DNA of 64,000 bases from Syntrophorhabdaceae bacterium (GCA_963665295.1 OY762209.1:4768001-4832000), one strand, 5' to 3'; positions 1 to 10,201 are shown, counted from the first letter of the stretch. The notes: generated by a model from the letters alone, not told the origin. Made by a program: numbers and translations.

Positions 1-677
1 AAAGGGTCTTCCGGGCAAAATGACCGCAATGCCTTTGTGATGTCCAGGGCAGCGTTCCACGAGGGGCTTTTTCTTTTCGTCCAGCCCAGGCATGTCCCTA
101 TCTTGAAGAGATGGGTATCGAGGGGCACCATAAGGTCTTTCGTATCCATGAAGTCCCAGAGTCCCCGGTCGATCTCGTCCTTCCTTACCATCCACCTGAG
201 GAAGAGGTTCCACCTTTTGAGGGGGTTCGACTTGAGGGGCTTGGGGAAGAAGAAGATAAGGTCCCTGTCGTTCCGGAAAAGCCGCTCCCTTAGCCGCCAT
301 ATGGTCCGCCTCGTATCCTCTTCATACAATGTCTCAAACATTCTTCCTATACTACCGTATTCATTAAGTATTTTGCTGATGGCCGTCAAAAGGCCCTTTA
401 TCTCCTCTTCTTTCTGAAACCTGTAATAGAGGCCGTCCATGGCCGACCAGTCCCCTGCCTTTACAAACGCCGCGGGGCTCGCCCCCATGCGCTCAAAGAG
501 ATTGCCCAGGAATCGCTTCATCACCTCGATCCGCCCGTAGGCAAACTGGGAGGCGAGAAATCCGACAACCTCCATGTCTCCGGCCTCCTGGTATCTATGG
601 ACAAACTCCACCGGGTCATTGCCGATAAGATGGACAAGACTGCTTTCTTCCTTCTTATATATCTCTTCGAGCTTAAT
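1..677 (-). CDS. TIGR02757/DUF2400 family protein (partial, runs off the window start)
   Basis: Hand translation of the minus strand gives DPVEFVHRY...FLASQFAYGRI...KRWNLFLRWMVRKDEIDRGLW...VPLDTHLFKI...EDP, typical of this family. It is not in the ORF track because its stop lies outside the window. The start is uncertain (see findings). Confidence 0.8.
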   Translation of the reverse strand, partial: MKLEEIYKKEESSLVHLIGNDPVEFVHRYQEAGDMEVVGFLASQFAYGRIEVMKRFLGNLFERMGASPAAFVKAGDWSAMDGLYYRFQKEEEIKGLLTAISKILNEYGSIGRMFETLYEEDTRRTIWRLRERLFRNDRDLIFFFPKPLKSNPLKRWNLFLRWMVRKDEIDRGLWDFMDTKDLMVPLDTHLFKIGTCLGWTKRKSPSWNAALDITKALRSFCPEDP

Positions 678-718
678 TATCTGTTCCCTGGTGGTATTGT
701 TGTGGAAATAGCGTAAAA

Positions 719-1285
719 TCAGGGGCTTGGAAATAAACCCTTATCTAATATCTTAACCACTTTTCCTTTCCACTCTTTTATATGTTCAGCCACATTGCGC
801 GCCGATTCTTCTCTGGCATGGTCCCATTCTTCCCACGCCTCCACGTTCGGTTCGAGACCGTCTCCCGTAATGCCCATCCCGTGAAGCCGTTCCGTCACCC
901 GCTCCCTGATGAGGCCCTCTTTTGCCTCCAACTCCCTGAGAAAGTCCTCCCGGATCGTTTCGAATTCATCCATGAGCGCTCCGGGCAGGTCTCCTGCCGC
1001 GCGCCTGAAAAGAGGCAGCAGGCGGGTATTATCCCCGGTAATATCAATCTCGTCGAGGAGAAGTCCGACAAGGAGGCTTTTCTTAAGGGCCGGGTCGGCC
1101 TTTACCTCTTCGATCTCGCTCATTGCCCCGTCCGCTCCTGTCATGCCTTCAAGATATCTTCTCAGTATGGCCTTTACCTTGTTCTCCGCTTCTTTCTTAC
1201 GGGACTCTCTCTTCTCCTCATCGTCCATGACGAGGTTTTTCGTCCTCTCCATTGCCAGTTCTATTGCACTCTTTATCTCGGCCAT
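719..1285 (-). CDS. Conserved hypothetical helical protein (DUF6657-like)
   Basis: 188-aa ORF with N-terminus MAEIKSAIELAMERT and GAGGA RBS, 9 bp from the upstream gene. Confidence 0.7.
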   Translation of the reverse strand: MAEIKSAIELAMERTKNLVMDDEEKRESRKKEAENKVKAILRRYLEGMTGADGAMSEIEEVKADPALKKSLLVGLLLDEIDITGDNTRLLPLFRRAAGDLPGALMDEFETIREDFLRELEAKEGLIRERVTERLHGMGITGDGLEPNVEAWEEWDHAREESARNVAEHIKEWKGKVVKILDKGLFPSP

Positions 1286-1294
1286 ACTCTTTCC

Positions 1295-1726
1295 TCAAGC
1301 ACTTCGATTTGTTCCGCCGGAAGCCGGTGCGACATCGCCGAACTCCATGGCCACCGTGTCTTCCGAAACGTACTTCTGCGGGCTATATTCTACAACAAGT
1401 GTGTCTTCCATTCCATAGAAGATGTGGCCGCACCGGGGGCTGATGAACATCTTTTCCCCTTTCCCCACAATATATTCCCTTCTCTCGCCCGTGTCCGTAT
1501 CGATGCAGATCCCATACATCCGGCCATCGATTACATAGAAGGTCTCTTCCTTTTCCTTATGGTAATGGCCGCCCCTCATATACCCTTTCTTCAGCTCAAA
1601 GAATGCGAGGTGTCTTATTTCCTCACCATAGGATATCTGGGCAAACTCGCCCTTGTCCTCCACCCATCTCTTCGCGCCCAATACGTCTTTCGTCTCGGGC
1701 AGTTTCCATATTCTCACTTTATTCAT
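1295..1726 (-). CDS. Cupin-domain protein
   Basis: RGGHYH-x4-ETFYV and ISPRCGHIF cupin metal-binding motifs. Confidence 0.75.
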   Translation of the reverse strand: MNKVRIWKLPETKDVLGAKRWVEDKGEFAQISYGEEIRHLAFFELKKGYMRGGHYHKEKEETFYVIDGRMYGICIDTDTGERREYIVGKGEKMFISPRCGHIFYGMEDTLVVEYSPQKYVSEDTVAMEFGDVAPASGGTNRSA

Positions 1727-1818
1727 CTCGAAAGCCTTTCATCGGAATGTGCCGCGTATATACTAACAGATATGGCCCCGACCCGCAACGCAGAAGGGCG
1801 GCGCGTTACGATGAAGCC

Positions 1819-1847
1819 TTGAAAATCCTTGCAATAGGCGGTATATT
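1819..1847 (+). promoter_or_regulatory. Putative sigma70-type promoter for the htpX operon
   Basis: TTGAAA (1819-1824), 17-bp spacer, TATATT (1842-1847), 32 bp upstream of the htpX ATG. Confidence 0.55.
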
Positions 1848-1879
1848 AATTTGAGATATTACGTAGCGGGGAGAGGTAC

Positions 1880-2731
1880 ATGAACCAGATGAAAACATTC
1901 TTTCTGATGGTTGTTTTGACGGTCATACTCGTAGCCCTGGGCGGCCTCATCGGAGGCACGTCAGGAGCCCAGATCGCTTTTTTTATCGCCCTGGCGATGA
2001 ATTTCGTGAGCTACTGGTTTTGCGACAAGATCGTACTCACCATGTATCACGCGAAGCAGGTCACCGAGGCCGAGGCGCCTCAGCTTTACAGGATCGTGGC
2101 TTCCCTTGCCCAGAAGGCGTCCCTGCCCATGCCGAGGGTGTACATTATCGACAGCGAGAGCCCCAATGCCTTCGCCACAGGAAGGAACCCGGAACATGGC
2201 GTTGTCGCGGTTACCGAGGGCATAATGCGGATTCTCTCCCCCAATGAACTTGAAGGTGTGCTGGCCCACGAAATGTCCCACATAAAACACAGGGACATAC
2301 TTATCCAGTCAGTAGCCGCTGCCATCGGTGGAGCTATCACCATGATTGCCAACTGGGCGCGTTTCGCCGCCATCTTCGGAGGCGGGGGCCGCGACGATGA
2401 GGGAGGGGGCAATATCTTCGGCGTGATCATTTTCTCCATGTTTGCCGCTTTTGCCGCCATGCTCATTCAACTTGCCATCTCAAGATCAAGGGAGTATCTT
2501 GCCGATGACGGGGGGGCCCTTCTTACGGGCAACCCGCTTTTCCTCGCGGGGGCCTTGAAGAAACTGAACGCCGGGGTGGCACGGAGCCCCATGAACGACG
2601 CGAATCCGTCGACTGCGCCCCTGTTCATCGTAAACCCTTTCAGCGCGAAAGGCATTCTCTCCCTTTTCAGCACCCATCCTCCCATAGAAGAAAGGATCAG
2701 GAGACTGGAGGATATGGCTTATAAACGATAA
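1880..2731 (+). CDS. htpX: Zinc metalloprotease HtpX (M48)
   Basis: PNAFATG, AHEMSH (HExxH), SRSREYLAD and FSTHPP motifs, plus transmembrane segments. Confidence 0.95.
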   Translation: MNQMKTFFLMVVLTVILVALGGLIGGTSGAQIAFFIALAMNFVSYWFCDKIVLTMYHAKQVTEAEAPQLYRIVASLAQKASLPMPRVYIIDSESPNAFATGRNPEHGVVAVTEGIMRILSPNELEGVLAHEMSHIKHRDILIQSVAAAIGGAITMIANWARFAAIFGGGGRDDEGGGNIFGVIIFSMFAAFAAMLIQLAISRSREYLADDGGALLTGNPLFLAGALKKLNAGVARSPMNDANPSTAPLFIVNPFSAKGILSLFSTHPPIEERIRRLEDMAYKR

Positions 2732-2777
2732 TTTCGGAGACACATTAAGGTCGCTTTCAATAAGGATTATAAGAGAC

Positions 2778-3998
2778 GTGGAAGATGGCGCCTTCCTCGA
2801 TGAAACGGTGAATAACTGTTTCTCGGAACCTGATGTCGCCGAGTCCGTGAAGGGACTCGTCTATCAAATCGTATCCGGGGTTATCAGGCGGAAAGGTTAT
2901 TTCGACTGGGTGCTTTCGCGGATGCTGAGAAAGGATGTACAAAAGGACATCCGGTACCTCCTCTGGATCAGCCTCTACCAGATCTCGTTCATGAAGAAGG
3001 CCCACTATCACGTGGTCATGGAGGCGGTGGAGTACGCGAAGCAGCAGAATGGGAGCGGCGTCGCAAACTTCGTAAACGCCATCCTGCGAAGGTTCATCAG
3101 GGAAAGAGATACCTTCTCTTATCCCGAAGCTCCGGTCCTGAGGCTCTCCATCGTCCATTCCTTTCCTGAATGGCTGGTGAAAAGGTGGCTCAAGTGGTTC
3201 GGGGTTGAGGAAACGGAACGCCTCCTCACCATCCTCAACGAGACCCCTGACTTCACCATCCGGATCGACCCGGGGAAGGCTTCAAGAGAAGAAGTCACGG
3301 CGGAACTCGAAGCAAGGGGCATAGAGACCCGGCCGGGAAGATTCCTGGATTCGGCCATCCACGTCGACAGGCTGGCCCCTCTCCTCAGTGATCGCCTCTT
3401 CGAGGAGAAAGTGATCACCATTCAGGATGAGACTTCCCAACTTGTAGCCTCCGCCGTTGATGCCAGGGACGGTGATTATGTCCTCGACGCATGCGCGGGC
3501 CTCGGCACCAAGACGCGGCAACTCCGAGAGACCTCGCCGGGCGCGATATTCGTGGCCATGGATACAAATATGAAACGCCTTGGGCTCACCACGGACACTA
3601 CGAACCTCGTGAGGGGAGACGGGGTGAGGAGTCCCTTCAGGAAGGACTTTTTCGATGTCATACTCGTTGACGCCCCGTGTTCTTCCATGGGCATCATACG
3701 GAAGCATCCGGAAATCAAATGGCGGAGGAAGGAAGCGGACATAAAGCGCTTCGGCAATTATCAGTTAGACTTGCTCCGAAGTCTGTGGGATAATCTCAAG
3801 AGAGGGGGCCGCCTGGTATACAGTGTCTGCTCCTTCGAACCGGAAGAGACCGCAGGTGTTCTGGAAAGGTTCCGCAAGGAAAGGGAGTTTCTTCTTGAAA
3901 ACCCTTTGCCTCATTTGTTTACGACCGAATGTTTCCTGTCCTTGCCCCAGGAAACGGGCATGGATGGATTCTTTATCGCAAGGTTGAGAAAACCATGA
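2778..3998 (+). CDS. rsmB: 16S rRNA m5C967 methyltransferase RsmB/Sun
   Basis: NusB-like N-domain, IQDETSQ, DACAGLGTKT, DAPCS and VYSVCS motifs, C-terminal DGFFIARL. The true start may lie upstream, near 2721. Confidence 0.9.
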   Translation: MEDGAFLDETVNNCFSEPDVAESVKGLVYQIVSGVIRRKGYFDWVLSRMLRKDVQKDIRYLLWISLYQISFMKKAHYHVVMEAVEYAKQQNGSGVANFVNAILRRFIRERDTFSYPEAPVLRLSIVHSFPEWLVKRWLKWFGVEETERLLTILNETPDFTIRIDPGKASREEVTAELEARGIETRPGRFLDSAIHVDRLAPLLSDRLFEEKVITIQDETSQLVASAVDARDGDYVLDACAGLGTKTRQLRETSPGAIFVAMDTNMKRLGLTTDTTNLVRGDGVRSPFRKDFFDVILVDAPCSSMGIIRKHPEIKWRRKEADIKRFGNYQLDLLRSLWDNLKRGGRLVYSVCSFEPEETAGVLERFRKEREFLLENPLPHLFTTECFLSLPQETGMDGFFIARLRKP

Positions 3999-4696
3999 AA
4001 TGGAAAAGGGGTATCCTCTATCTTCTTGTTCCCATAGTAGTCTTCATCATGTCGTCATACATGACCATAAATATCCTCCTCAAAACAGGCGGCACCGTGG
4101 TCTGCCCCGACGTGAGAGGCCAGAAGGTGGAGGACGCGAAGCGCCTTGCCGAGGGCAGGGGCCTCTCCATCGCCGTGCTGAGATATGAACCAAGAACCGA
4201 TGTGCCTTACGGCTATATCACCGTGCAGAAGCCGGAGGCGAATATCACCATCAGGAAGGGCCGCGTGGTGAACGTCCTTGTTTCCGAGGGCCCCCAACAG
4301 GTCGGGCTCCCCAATGTGACGAACCAACTGCTGGAAGAAGCCGAGGCAACCCTGAAACAGAAGCAGTTGGAGGTAGAGAAGACCGTCCTCGTACCGCACA
4401 AGAAGGTCGGTAAGGTGATCGCCCAGATCCCGAAGGGAGACACGAAGGTGCTCGAGGGAAGCGGCGTTACCCTTTTTGTGGGAAAGGACCCACAGGTTTA
4501 CTATCTCATGCCCGATACCAGGAGCGCTGATATAACCGCCCTTTCCGAGGAGATGGACAGCAAGAAGATCAAATATAAAATATCGTACACGAGAGACGAT
4601 TCCACCCTGGCGACAGGGACAAAAACGGCGGCAACGCCGGCCAGGGTAATCTTCAGTGGCGATGACGATGTGGTAATAAATGCGAGTGGAGGATAA
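3995..4696 (+). CDS. Membrane-anchored PASTA-domain protein
   Basis: ATG at 3995 overlaps the rsmB stop (ATGA). N-terminal TM helix, then PASTA repeats (PDVRG...Q.P...VSEG; PNVT...AQIP). The rsmB-PASTA-rpe order is conserved. Confidence 0.85.
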   Translation: MKWKRGILYLLVPIVVFIMSSYMTINILLKTGGTVVCPDVRGQKVEDAKRLAEGRGLSIAVLRYEPRTDVPYGYITVQKPEANITIRKGRVVNVLVSEGPQQVGLPNVTNQLLEEAEATLKQKQLEVEKTVLVPHKKVGKVIAQIPKGDTKVLEGSGVTLFVGKDPQVYYLMPDTRSADITALSEEMDSKKIKYKISYTRDDSTLATGTKTAATPARVIFSGDDDVVINASGG

Positions 4697-4697
4697 T

Positions 4698-5363
4698 ATG
4701 AAAAAGATCCTGATAGCGCCCTCCATCCTGTCCTGCAAGTTCTCAAAGTTGGGACAGGAGATCAGGGAGGTCGAAAAAGCGGGAGCGGACCTTATCCATG
4801 TGGATGTAATGGACGGCCATTTCGTGCCGAATATTACCATAGGCCCCCTTGTCGTCCGGGCAGTGAAGGAAGTGTCGTCAATACCCCTCGATGTGCACCT
4901 CATGATAGCGAACCCGGGGAAATACGTAGCCGATTTCATCGAGGCGGGAGCGGACATCATCACCCTCCACGTGGAAACGGACGACCATATCTTCCGTACT
5001 ATAGATGAGATAAAGTCCTTCGGGAAGAAAGCCGGGGTCTCCATCAACCCCTCCACGCCCGAAGATACCCTGAAATACATTATCGACGTGGTCGATATGA
5101 TCCTGGTCATGACCGTCAATCCGGGCTTCGGAGGTCAGAAGTACATCCACTCCATGGAACCCAAGATAAGAAGAACGAGGCAGATGATAGAGGAATCCGG
5201 AAGGGAGATCGACCTCGAGGCAGACGGCGGCATAAAGGCCCAGAATGTGAAGCAGGTCGTGGACGCGGGCGCCAATGTCCTGGTCATGGGCACGGAGATA
5301 TTCCACAGCGAGGACTATGCCGCGAAGATCCAAGAGATCAGAAAGGTGATAGGCGGGAAATGA
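4698..5363 (+). CDS. rpe: Ribulose-phosphate 3-epimerase
   Basis: IAPSIL, HVDVMDGHFVPN, DVHLMI, MTVNPGFGGQ and DGGI motifs. GGAGG RBS. Confidence 0.97.
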   Translation: MKKILIAPSILSCKFSKLGQEIREVEKAGADLIHVDVMDGHFVPNITIGPLVVRAVKEVSSIPLDVHLMIANPGKYVADFIEAGADIITLHVETDDHIFRTIDEIKSFGKKAGVSINPSTPEDTLKYIIDVVDMILVMTVNPGFGGQKYIHSMEPKIRRTRQMIEESGREIDLEADGGIKAQNVKQVVDAGANVLVMGTEIFHSEDYAAKIQEIRKVIGGK

Positions 5364-5400
5364 CCCTCCCGGAACAACAGGCGCCTGAGGTAACCCGTAC

Positions 5401-6057
5401 ATGGAACTGAAGAAACAAAAGGCCTACAAAAGCGTCTTTGATATGGCCTGCGCCGATTTTCTCCGTCTGGACCCGTCAACCCAATGCCGCAATGCGGGAG
5501 CGGACTATCGCGGGCAGGGGAGCGCCGGCAGTGTGGATATCCCCTACTTTGACGAAGTAATCACCCTCGGGCTGCCGGGGTTCTCATTCAAAAGCTCGAA
5601 GGACGTGAATGTGACCCTTGTGGCGAAGATCATCATCCTTCACTACCTGGTCAGGGCGCCGGATATGCCTTTAAAGGATGAACTGGTTGCATACGAGGAC
5701 ATACCGGGGGCGCGTCACTACCTCCCTGTATTCGAGAGAAGAGTGACCCGGCCTCTCGCCCTGGCCTTCGGCTACAACAGGGATGCCTTCGTGGAATCGG
5801 GGATTGCCCTGGGCGGCACAAAGGAAGACTACGGCAACGCCTCCTTCACCCTTACCATTCTCCCCCGCGTGCCCGTTACCTTCATTCTCTGGGAAGGGGA
5901 TGAGGAGTTCCCCCCCTCTGTGAGAACACTCTTCAATCCGTCTGTTTCCGCCTACCTGTCACTCGAAGATATTGTGGTCCTGTCCAAGATGGCCGTCACA
6001 AGGATAGTAAAAACAGCGCGAAAAAAATACGCCGGGGAGGAGATGAGTGATATTTAA
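5401..6057 (+). CDS. DUF3786-domain protein
   Basis: IILHYL, LPRVPVTFILWEGDEEFPPS and YLSLED motifs resemble DUF3786. Confidence 0.75.
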   Translation: MELKKQKAYKSVFDMACADFLRLDPSTQCRNAGADYRGQGSAGSVDIPYFDEVITLGLPGFSFKSSKDVNVTLVAKIIILHYLVRAPDMPLKDELVAYEDIPGARHYLPVFERRVTRPLALAFGYNRDAFVESGIALGGTKEDYGNASFTLTILPRVPVTFILWEGDEEFPPSVRTLFNPSVSAYLSLEDIVVLSKMAVTRIVKTARKKYAGEEMSDI

Positions 6058-7213
6058 ACAGTTCAATTTCGAAGGCTGTCTGTCTTACATCATTGCCTCC
6101 GGCAACGACCGGACCGGGGCCATCATCGACCCTTCCCACGAGTCGGAACCCTATCTCGCTTTTGTGAAAGAGAATGACCTGAAAATCCTCTACGTCGTCG
6201 ATACCCACACCCATGTGGACCACCTATCCCTGGTTCAGGACCTCGCCGACATCCTCGGCGCGACAACCGTGATGAGCCGTAACACACCTCTTCAGAGGAA
6301 GATGGGGGCCGAAGTGTTGGACCTCTTCGGTATCGAAAAGATCATAGAGGCCAACAGCCGGAAGAGAGTCGATATGTACCTCGGGGAAGGAGAGCGTCTC
6401 ACTTTGGGCAACATCTTTCTCGAGGCCCGGCTCACTCCCGGTCATACGAAGGATTCCATGTGCCTCCTTTCCCACGGCAGGGTATTTACGGGGGACACGC
6501 TGATCATCGGTCAGTGCGGCCGCACCGACCTGCCCGGAGGAGACCCCGGAGAGATGCACGAAAGTCTGTTCGGAAAGATCATGGCCCTTTCCGACAGCCT
6601 CATTGTCTGTCCCGCCCACGATTACAGGGGGAACATCAATTCCTCCATGGGTTATGAACGGGTGAACAACGTCTGCCTCAAGACCCCGAGGACCCGTGAG
6701 GAATTTGCCGTATTTCTGAAGGGTCTCTTCCCACCCCTCTCTGCGGGGACCGGCAAACTCCAGTGCGGACTGACCATGGAAAAAGAAGAGGGGCAGGAAG
6801 CCGGGGACCATCTGAACCCTCTTATGAAGAGCTTCTGCATGTCTATGGAACAGTATCTTGAAACACCCCACCAGGCTACCCTCGTAAGGACCGGCGAGCT
6901 TAAGAACAGGCTCGCGGGACACGACAGGCCCGTTATCCTTGACGTAAGAGAGCCTGCGGAGCTTTCAGAGACCGGTTTTATTGAGGGAGCGATCAACATA
7001 CCCGTAAGGGAAGTGGCCCGGCGGGTGGGCGAACTGCCGGGAGGGCTCGCGACCCCCATCGTTGCGGTCTGCGAGAGCGGCATCCGCTCCGCCCATGCGG
7101 CCATCTACCTGAGGGCTTACGGATACACGAATGTGACGAACCTCGAATTCGGGATGCGGGAATGGAGGAGAGAGGGACTTCCCGTCGTGTTTCCCGGAAA
7201 GACCTCCGTATAA
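6047..7213 (+). CDS. MBL-fold hydrolase (ETHE1/persulfide dioxygenase-like) fused to rhodanese
   Basis: THTHVDH, TPGHT, FTGDTL, GRTDL and PAHDY motifs. C-terminal rhodanese with LDVRE and CESGIRS active-site loop. Confidence 0.85.
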   Translation: MIFKQFNFEGCLSYIIASGNDRTGAIIDPSHESEPYLAFVKENDLKILYVVDTHTHVDHLSLVQDLADILGATTVMSRNTPLQRKMGAEVLDLFGIEKIIEANSRKRVDMYLGEGERLTLGNIFLEARLTPGHTKDSMCLLSHGRVFTGDTLIIGQCGRTDLPGGDPGEMHESLFGKIMALSDSLIVCPAHDYRGNINSSMGYERVNNVCLKTPRTREEFAVFLKGLFPPLSAGTGKLQCGLTMEKEEGQEAGDHLNPLMKSFCMSMEQYLETPHQATLVRTGELKNRLAGHDRPVILDVREPAELSETGFIEGAINIPVREVARRVGELPGGLATPIVAVCESGIRSAHAAIYLRAYGYTNVTNLEFGMREWRREGLPVVFPGKTSV

Positions 7214-7219
7214 ACGGAT

Positions 7220-8020
7220 ATGAAAGGGCGCGCCCGGAGACCGGTCTTCTTCTGTCTATTCTTCCTTCTTATCGCCTTCAGAGCATATTGCGCAGTCTAC
7301 CCTCCCCAAGGTGGGGACGAGGCTGAAAAGACGACCCAAACCCCTTCAATGGGCCCACAGCCGTGTGTCCCATGTGAGGCCTTCAACAGATTGAATACGC
7401 AGGTACGGGACGGCGCCATAAGCCAGGCGGCCGCCATGAAACAGATGGCGGGACTACTCGCGGCCATAAAAGATTATTATTATGGGGCCGGCGGGAAACA
7501 ATGCACCTCCGCGGAATGGGTTTTCCCTGTGGAAGGCTACGGACCGAAGGCGATAGGGGGAACGGGCGACAAGGGATATAAGGCAGGGGGATATCGTTAT
7601 TTCGACGGCAACCGTCACGGCGGTCATCCCTCTTTCGACATATTCATCCGGGACAGGAACAGGGACGACCTCGACGATGGGGCCCGAAGGCCTGTGAGGG
7701 TCCTTTCCATGACGGGCGGAATAGTCGTGGCACGGGAAACCGCGTGGGACAGGAATAGCCGCCTCAGAGGGGGCGTCTACCTCTGGATATACAGCCCTTC
7801 GGAAGAGGCCCTCGTGTATTACGCGCACAACAGGGAGGTACACGTAGGTGTGGGAGACATTGTCCGGCCCGGCGACCCGGTCGCTACCGTGGGACGCACC
7901 GGATTGAATGCCCATAAAACACGTTCGCCGACCCACCTCCACCTTACGTTCCTGAAAGCAAAGGACGGGCATCCTGTTCCGGTAAACATCTATGCCGAAT
8001 TATTGAAGCGCAAGCCCTGA
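7220..8020 (+). CDS. Secreted M23 family metallopeptidase
   Basis: Signal-peptide-like N-terminus; HPSFD (HxxxD), YYAHN and HLH motifs. Confidence 0.8.
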   Translation: MKGRARRPVFFCLFFLLIAFRAYCAVYPPQGGDEAEKTTQTPSMGPQPCVPCEAFNRLNTQVRDGAISQAAAMKQMAGLLAAIKDYYYGAGGKQCTSAEWVFPVEGYGPKAIGGTGDKGYKAGGYRYFDGNRHGGHPSFDIFIRDRNRDDLDDGARRPVRVLSMTGGIVVARETAWDRNSRLRGGVYLWIYSPSEEALVYYAHNREVHVGVGDIVRPGDPVATVGRTGLNAHKTRSPTHLHLTFLKAKDGHPVPVNIYAELLKRKP

Positions 8021-8082
8021 GAGGCTCTTGCCCGGCGCATTGCATGGGAAAAAGGGGAGGCGGATGAACGGACCGGAGGACC

Positions 8083-9471
8083 CTACTGGAGTTTTCTGTC
8101 CCTCGATGAATGGATGTGCAGTTCGTCCCTGTACTTCGCTATGGTCCGACGTGCGATTTTTATGTTGTGTTTCTCTCTTAAGACCGTAACGATCTCATCA
8201 TCGGTCAGGGGGGCAGCCTTGTCCTCGTCTTTCACGATTTCCGAGATTATACCCATAACGACGTTCGTGGACAGCTCATTTCCTTCTTCCCTGCCGATGC
8301 CGGTGGGAAAGAAAAACTTCATTTCGTAAATGCCCTGGGGCGTGCTCATGTATTTGTTCGTGGTAATCCTGCTTACCGTCGATTCGTGCACCCCTATGTC
8401 CTGCGCCACATCCTTGAGGATCAGCGGTTTCAGGCATTTGACGCCCTTCTCGAAAAATTCCCCCTGGAACGCGACGATGCTCTTTGCCACGAGGTAGAGC
8501 GTTCTTTGCCGCTGCTGAAGGCTTTTTATAAACCATTCAGCCTGTTTTACTTTCTGTTTTATATACTTCCTCGCATCACCGTTTGTGCCCTTGTTCATAT
8601 AGAGTTCGATGTAGTGCTTGTTCATCCGAAGCTCCGGCAGGTCCTCCTCGTTGAGAAAAACCTCGAATTCGCCCTCCTTCTTTGCCACGTAGACATCGGG
8701 GATCATGTAAAAGACATGATCGTCCCCATAATTCCTTCCGGGCTTGGGATCGTAACTCTTTATCTTGTCCACGATGTGCTTCACGAGGTCAATGGGATAT
8801 CCGGTCTTCTTCACGATATCCTTCAGGTTACCTTTTTCTACCAGATCGAAATATTTCGTAAGAAAATCCTCGAATATGGGGTCTTTGTCTCCTCCCGCCC
8901 TATACTGTATGAGGATACACTCCCTTACGTCCCTGGCCCCGACCCCGGGAGGGTCAAGTTTCTGGACCTTGAGGAGAATCTTTTCCAGGTCTTCTTCAGA
9001 ATAACCCGAAACACCCGATATCTCGGAAAGGGGGTATGCGAGGTATCCGTTGTCATCAATGTTTTCGAGAATCCACTCGGCAATAATCCGCTCTTCGGCA
9101 CTAAAATCGGAGAGTCCCACCTGCCATCTCAGGTAATCCCTGAGGTTGGTGCCCTTGCTTACCATATTCTCGTAGTCCGGGTATTCCCGGTCTTCGAAAC
9201 TGGAGTAATCGGAAGATATCTCTTCCGACGCCGAATACCTTTCCAGCCATTCGGCCATGTCGTCCTTCTCTTCCGGTGCTTCTTCCGTCTTCTCCTCGAG
9301 GCGTTCCTCCGCCGGCTCTCCTTCCTGGAGTTCCAGAACGGGGTTTTCGTTAAGCTCGAGTTCGATGGCTTCCACCAACTCCAACTGGGAAAGCTGCAGA
9401 AGCTTTATCGCTTGCTGAAGCTGTTGCGTGAGTATGGGGGAAAGCCTCTGAGTCTGTTTAAGTCCCAACAT
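8083..9471 (-). CDS. rpoN: RNA polymerase sigma-54 factor
   Basis: LQQAIKLLQL region I, HESTVSR helix-turn-helix and ARRTIAKYR RpoN box. Confidence 0.97.
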   Translation of the reverse strand: MLGLKQTQRLSPILTQQLQQAIKLLQLSQLELVEAIELELNENPVLELQEGEPAEERLEEKTEEAPEEKDDMAEWLERYSASEEISSDYSSFEDREYPDYENMVSKGTNLRDYLRWQVGLSDFSAEERIIAEWILENIDDNGYLAYPLSEISGVSGYSEEDLEKILLKVQKLDPPGVGARDVRECILIQYRAGGDKDPIFEDFLTKYFDLVEKGNLKDIVKKTGYPIDLVKHIVDKIKSYDPKPGRNYGDDHVFYMIPDVYVAKKEGEFEVFLNEEDLPELRMNKHYIELYMNKGTNGDARKYIKQKVKQAEWFIKSLQQRQRTLYLVAKSIVAFQGEFFEKGVKCLKPLILKDVAQDIGVHESTVSRITTNKYMSTPQGIYEMKFFFPTGIGREEGNELSTNVVMGIISEIVKDEDKAAPLTDDEIVTVLREKHNIKIARRTIAKYRDELHIHSSRDRKLQ

Positions 9472-10201
9472 CAATGTAAAATTCCTCTCCTAAATAGACC
9501 TCTCGCACTATCTTGTCTTTTGCCACATCTTCGGGGCTGCCCTCGAGGAGCACCTTCCCGTTGTTTACCACATAGGCCCGGTCACATATGGGCAGGGAAT
9601 CCCTCACATTGTGATCCGAGAGAAGTATGCCGATTTTTTTGCTCCTCAATCCGCTGATTACCTTTTTCAAATCCGAGACCGATATGGGGTCGATGCCTGA
9701 AAAAGGTTCATCGAGGAGCATGAAGTGAGGATTGGTCATGAGAGCCCGCGCTATTTCAAGCCTTCTCCTCTCGCCACCGGAAAGGGAGTCGGCATTATTG
9801 CGGGCCAGATGTTCCAGTTTGAAGGATTCAAGAATCTCCATCACCTTGTGGTCCATCAACTCCTTATCCACATCATGAAATTCCAGAATGGCCTTGAGGT
9901 TGTCCGCCACGCTCATCTTCTTGAATACCGACGGCTCCTGGGGAAGGTAAGTGATCCCCTTCCTCGCCCTCATGAACATGGGAAGGGACGTGATATCCTC
10001 AGTATCGAGCAGAATACTCCCTCCATTGGGTTTTATGAAACCGATTATCATATAAAAGGTGGTTGTCTTTCCGGCCCCGTTCGGCCCGAACAATCCCACC
10101 GTTTCGCCCGTATTTATATGTATGCTGATCCCGTCCACCACCCTCCTCGAGTTGTAGGACTTGGCCAGGTTCCGGGCAAAGAGCGTCGAAACCTCCGTCA
10201 T
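9458..10201 (-). CDS. lptB: LPS export ABC ATPase LptB
   Basis: GPNGAGKTT, YLPQEPSVF, LSGGERRRLEIAR and LLDEPFSGIDP motifs; directly upstream of rpoN. Confidence 0.95.
   Translation of the reverse strand: MTEVSTLFARNLAKSYNSRRVVDGISIHINTGETVGLFGPNGAGKTTTFYMIIGFIKPNGGSILLDTEDITSLPMFMRARKGITYLPQEPSVFKKMSVADNLKAILEFHDVDKELMDHKVMEILESFKLEHLARNNADSLSGGERRRLEIARALMTNPHFMLLDEPFSGIDPISVSDLKKVISGLRSKKIGILLSDHNVRDSLPICDRAYVVNNGKVLLEGSPEDVAKDKIVREVYLGEEFYIDVGT

Noticed and set aside
782..1822. 346-aa plus-strand ORF
   Set aside because: Antisense shadow of two well-supported minus-strand genes, with no motifs.
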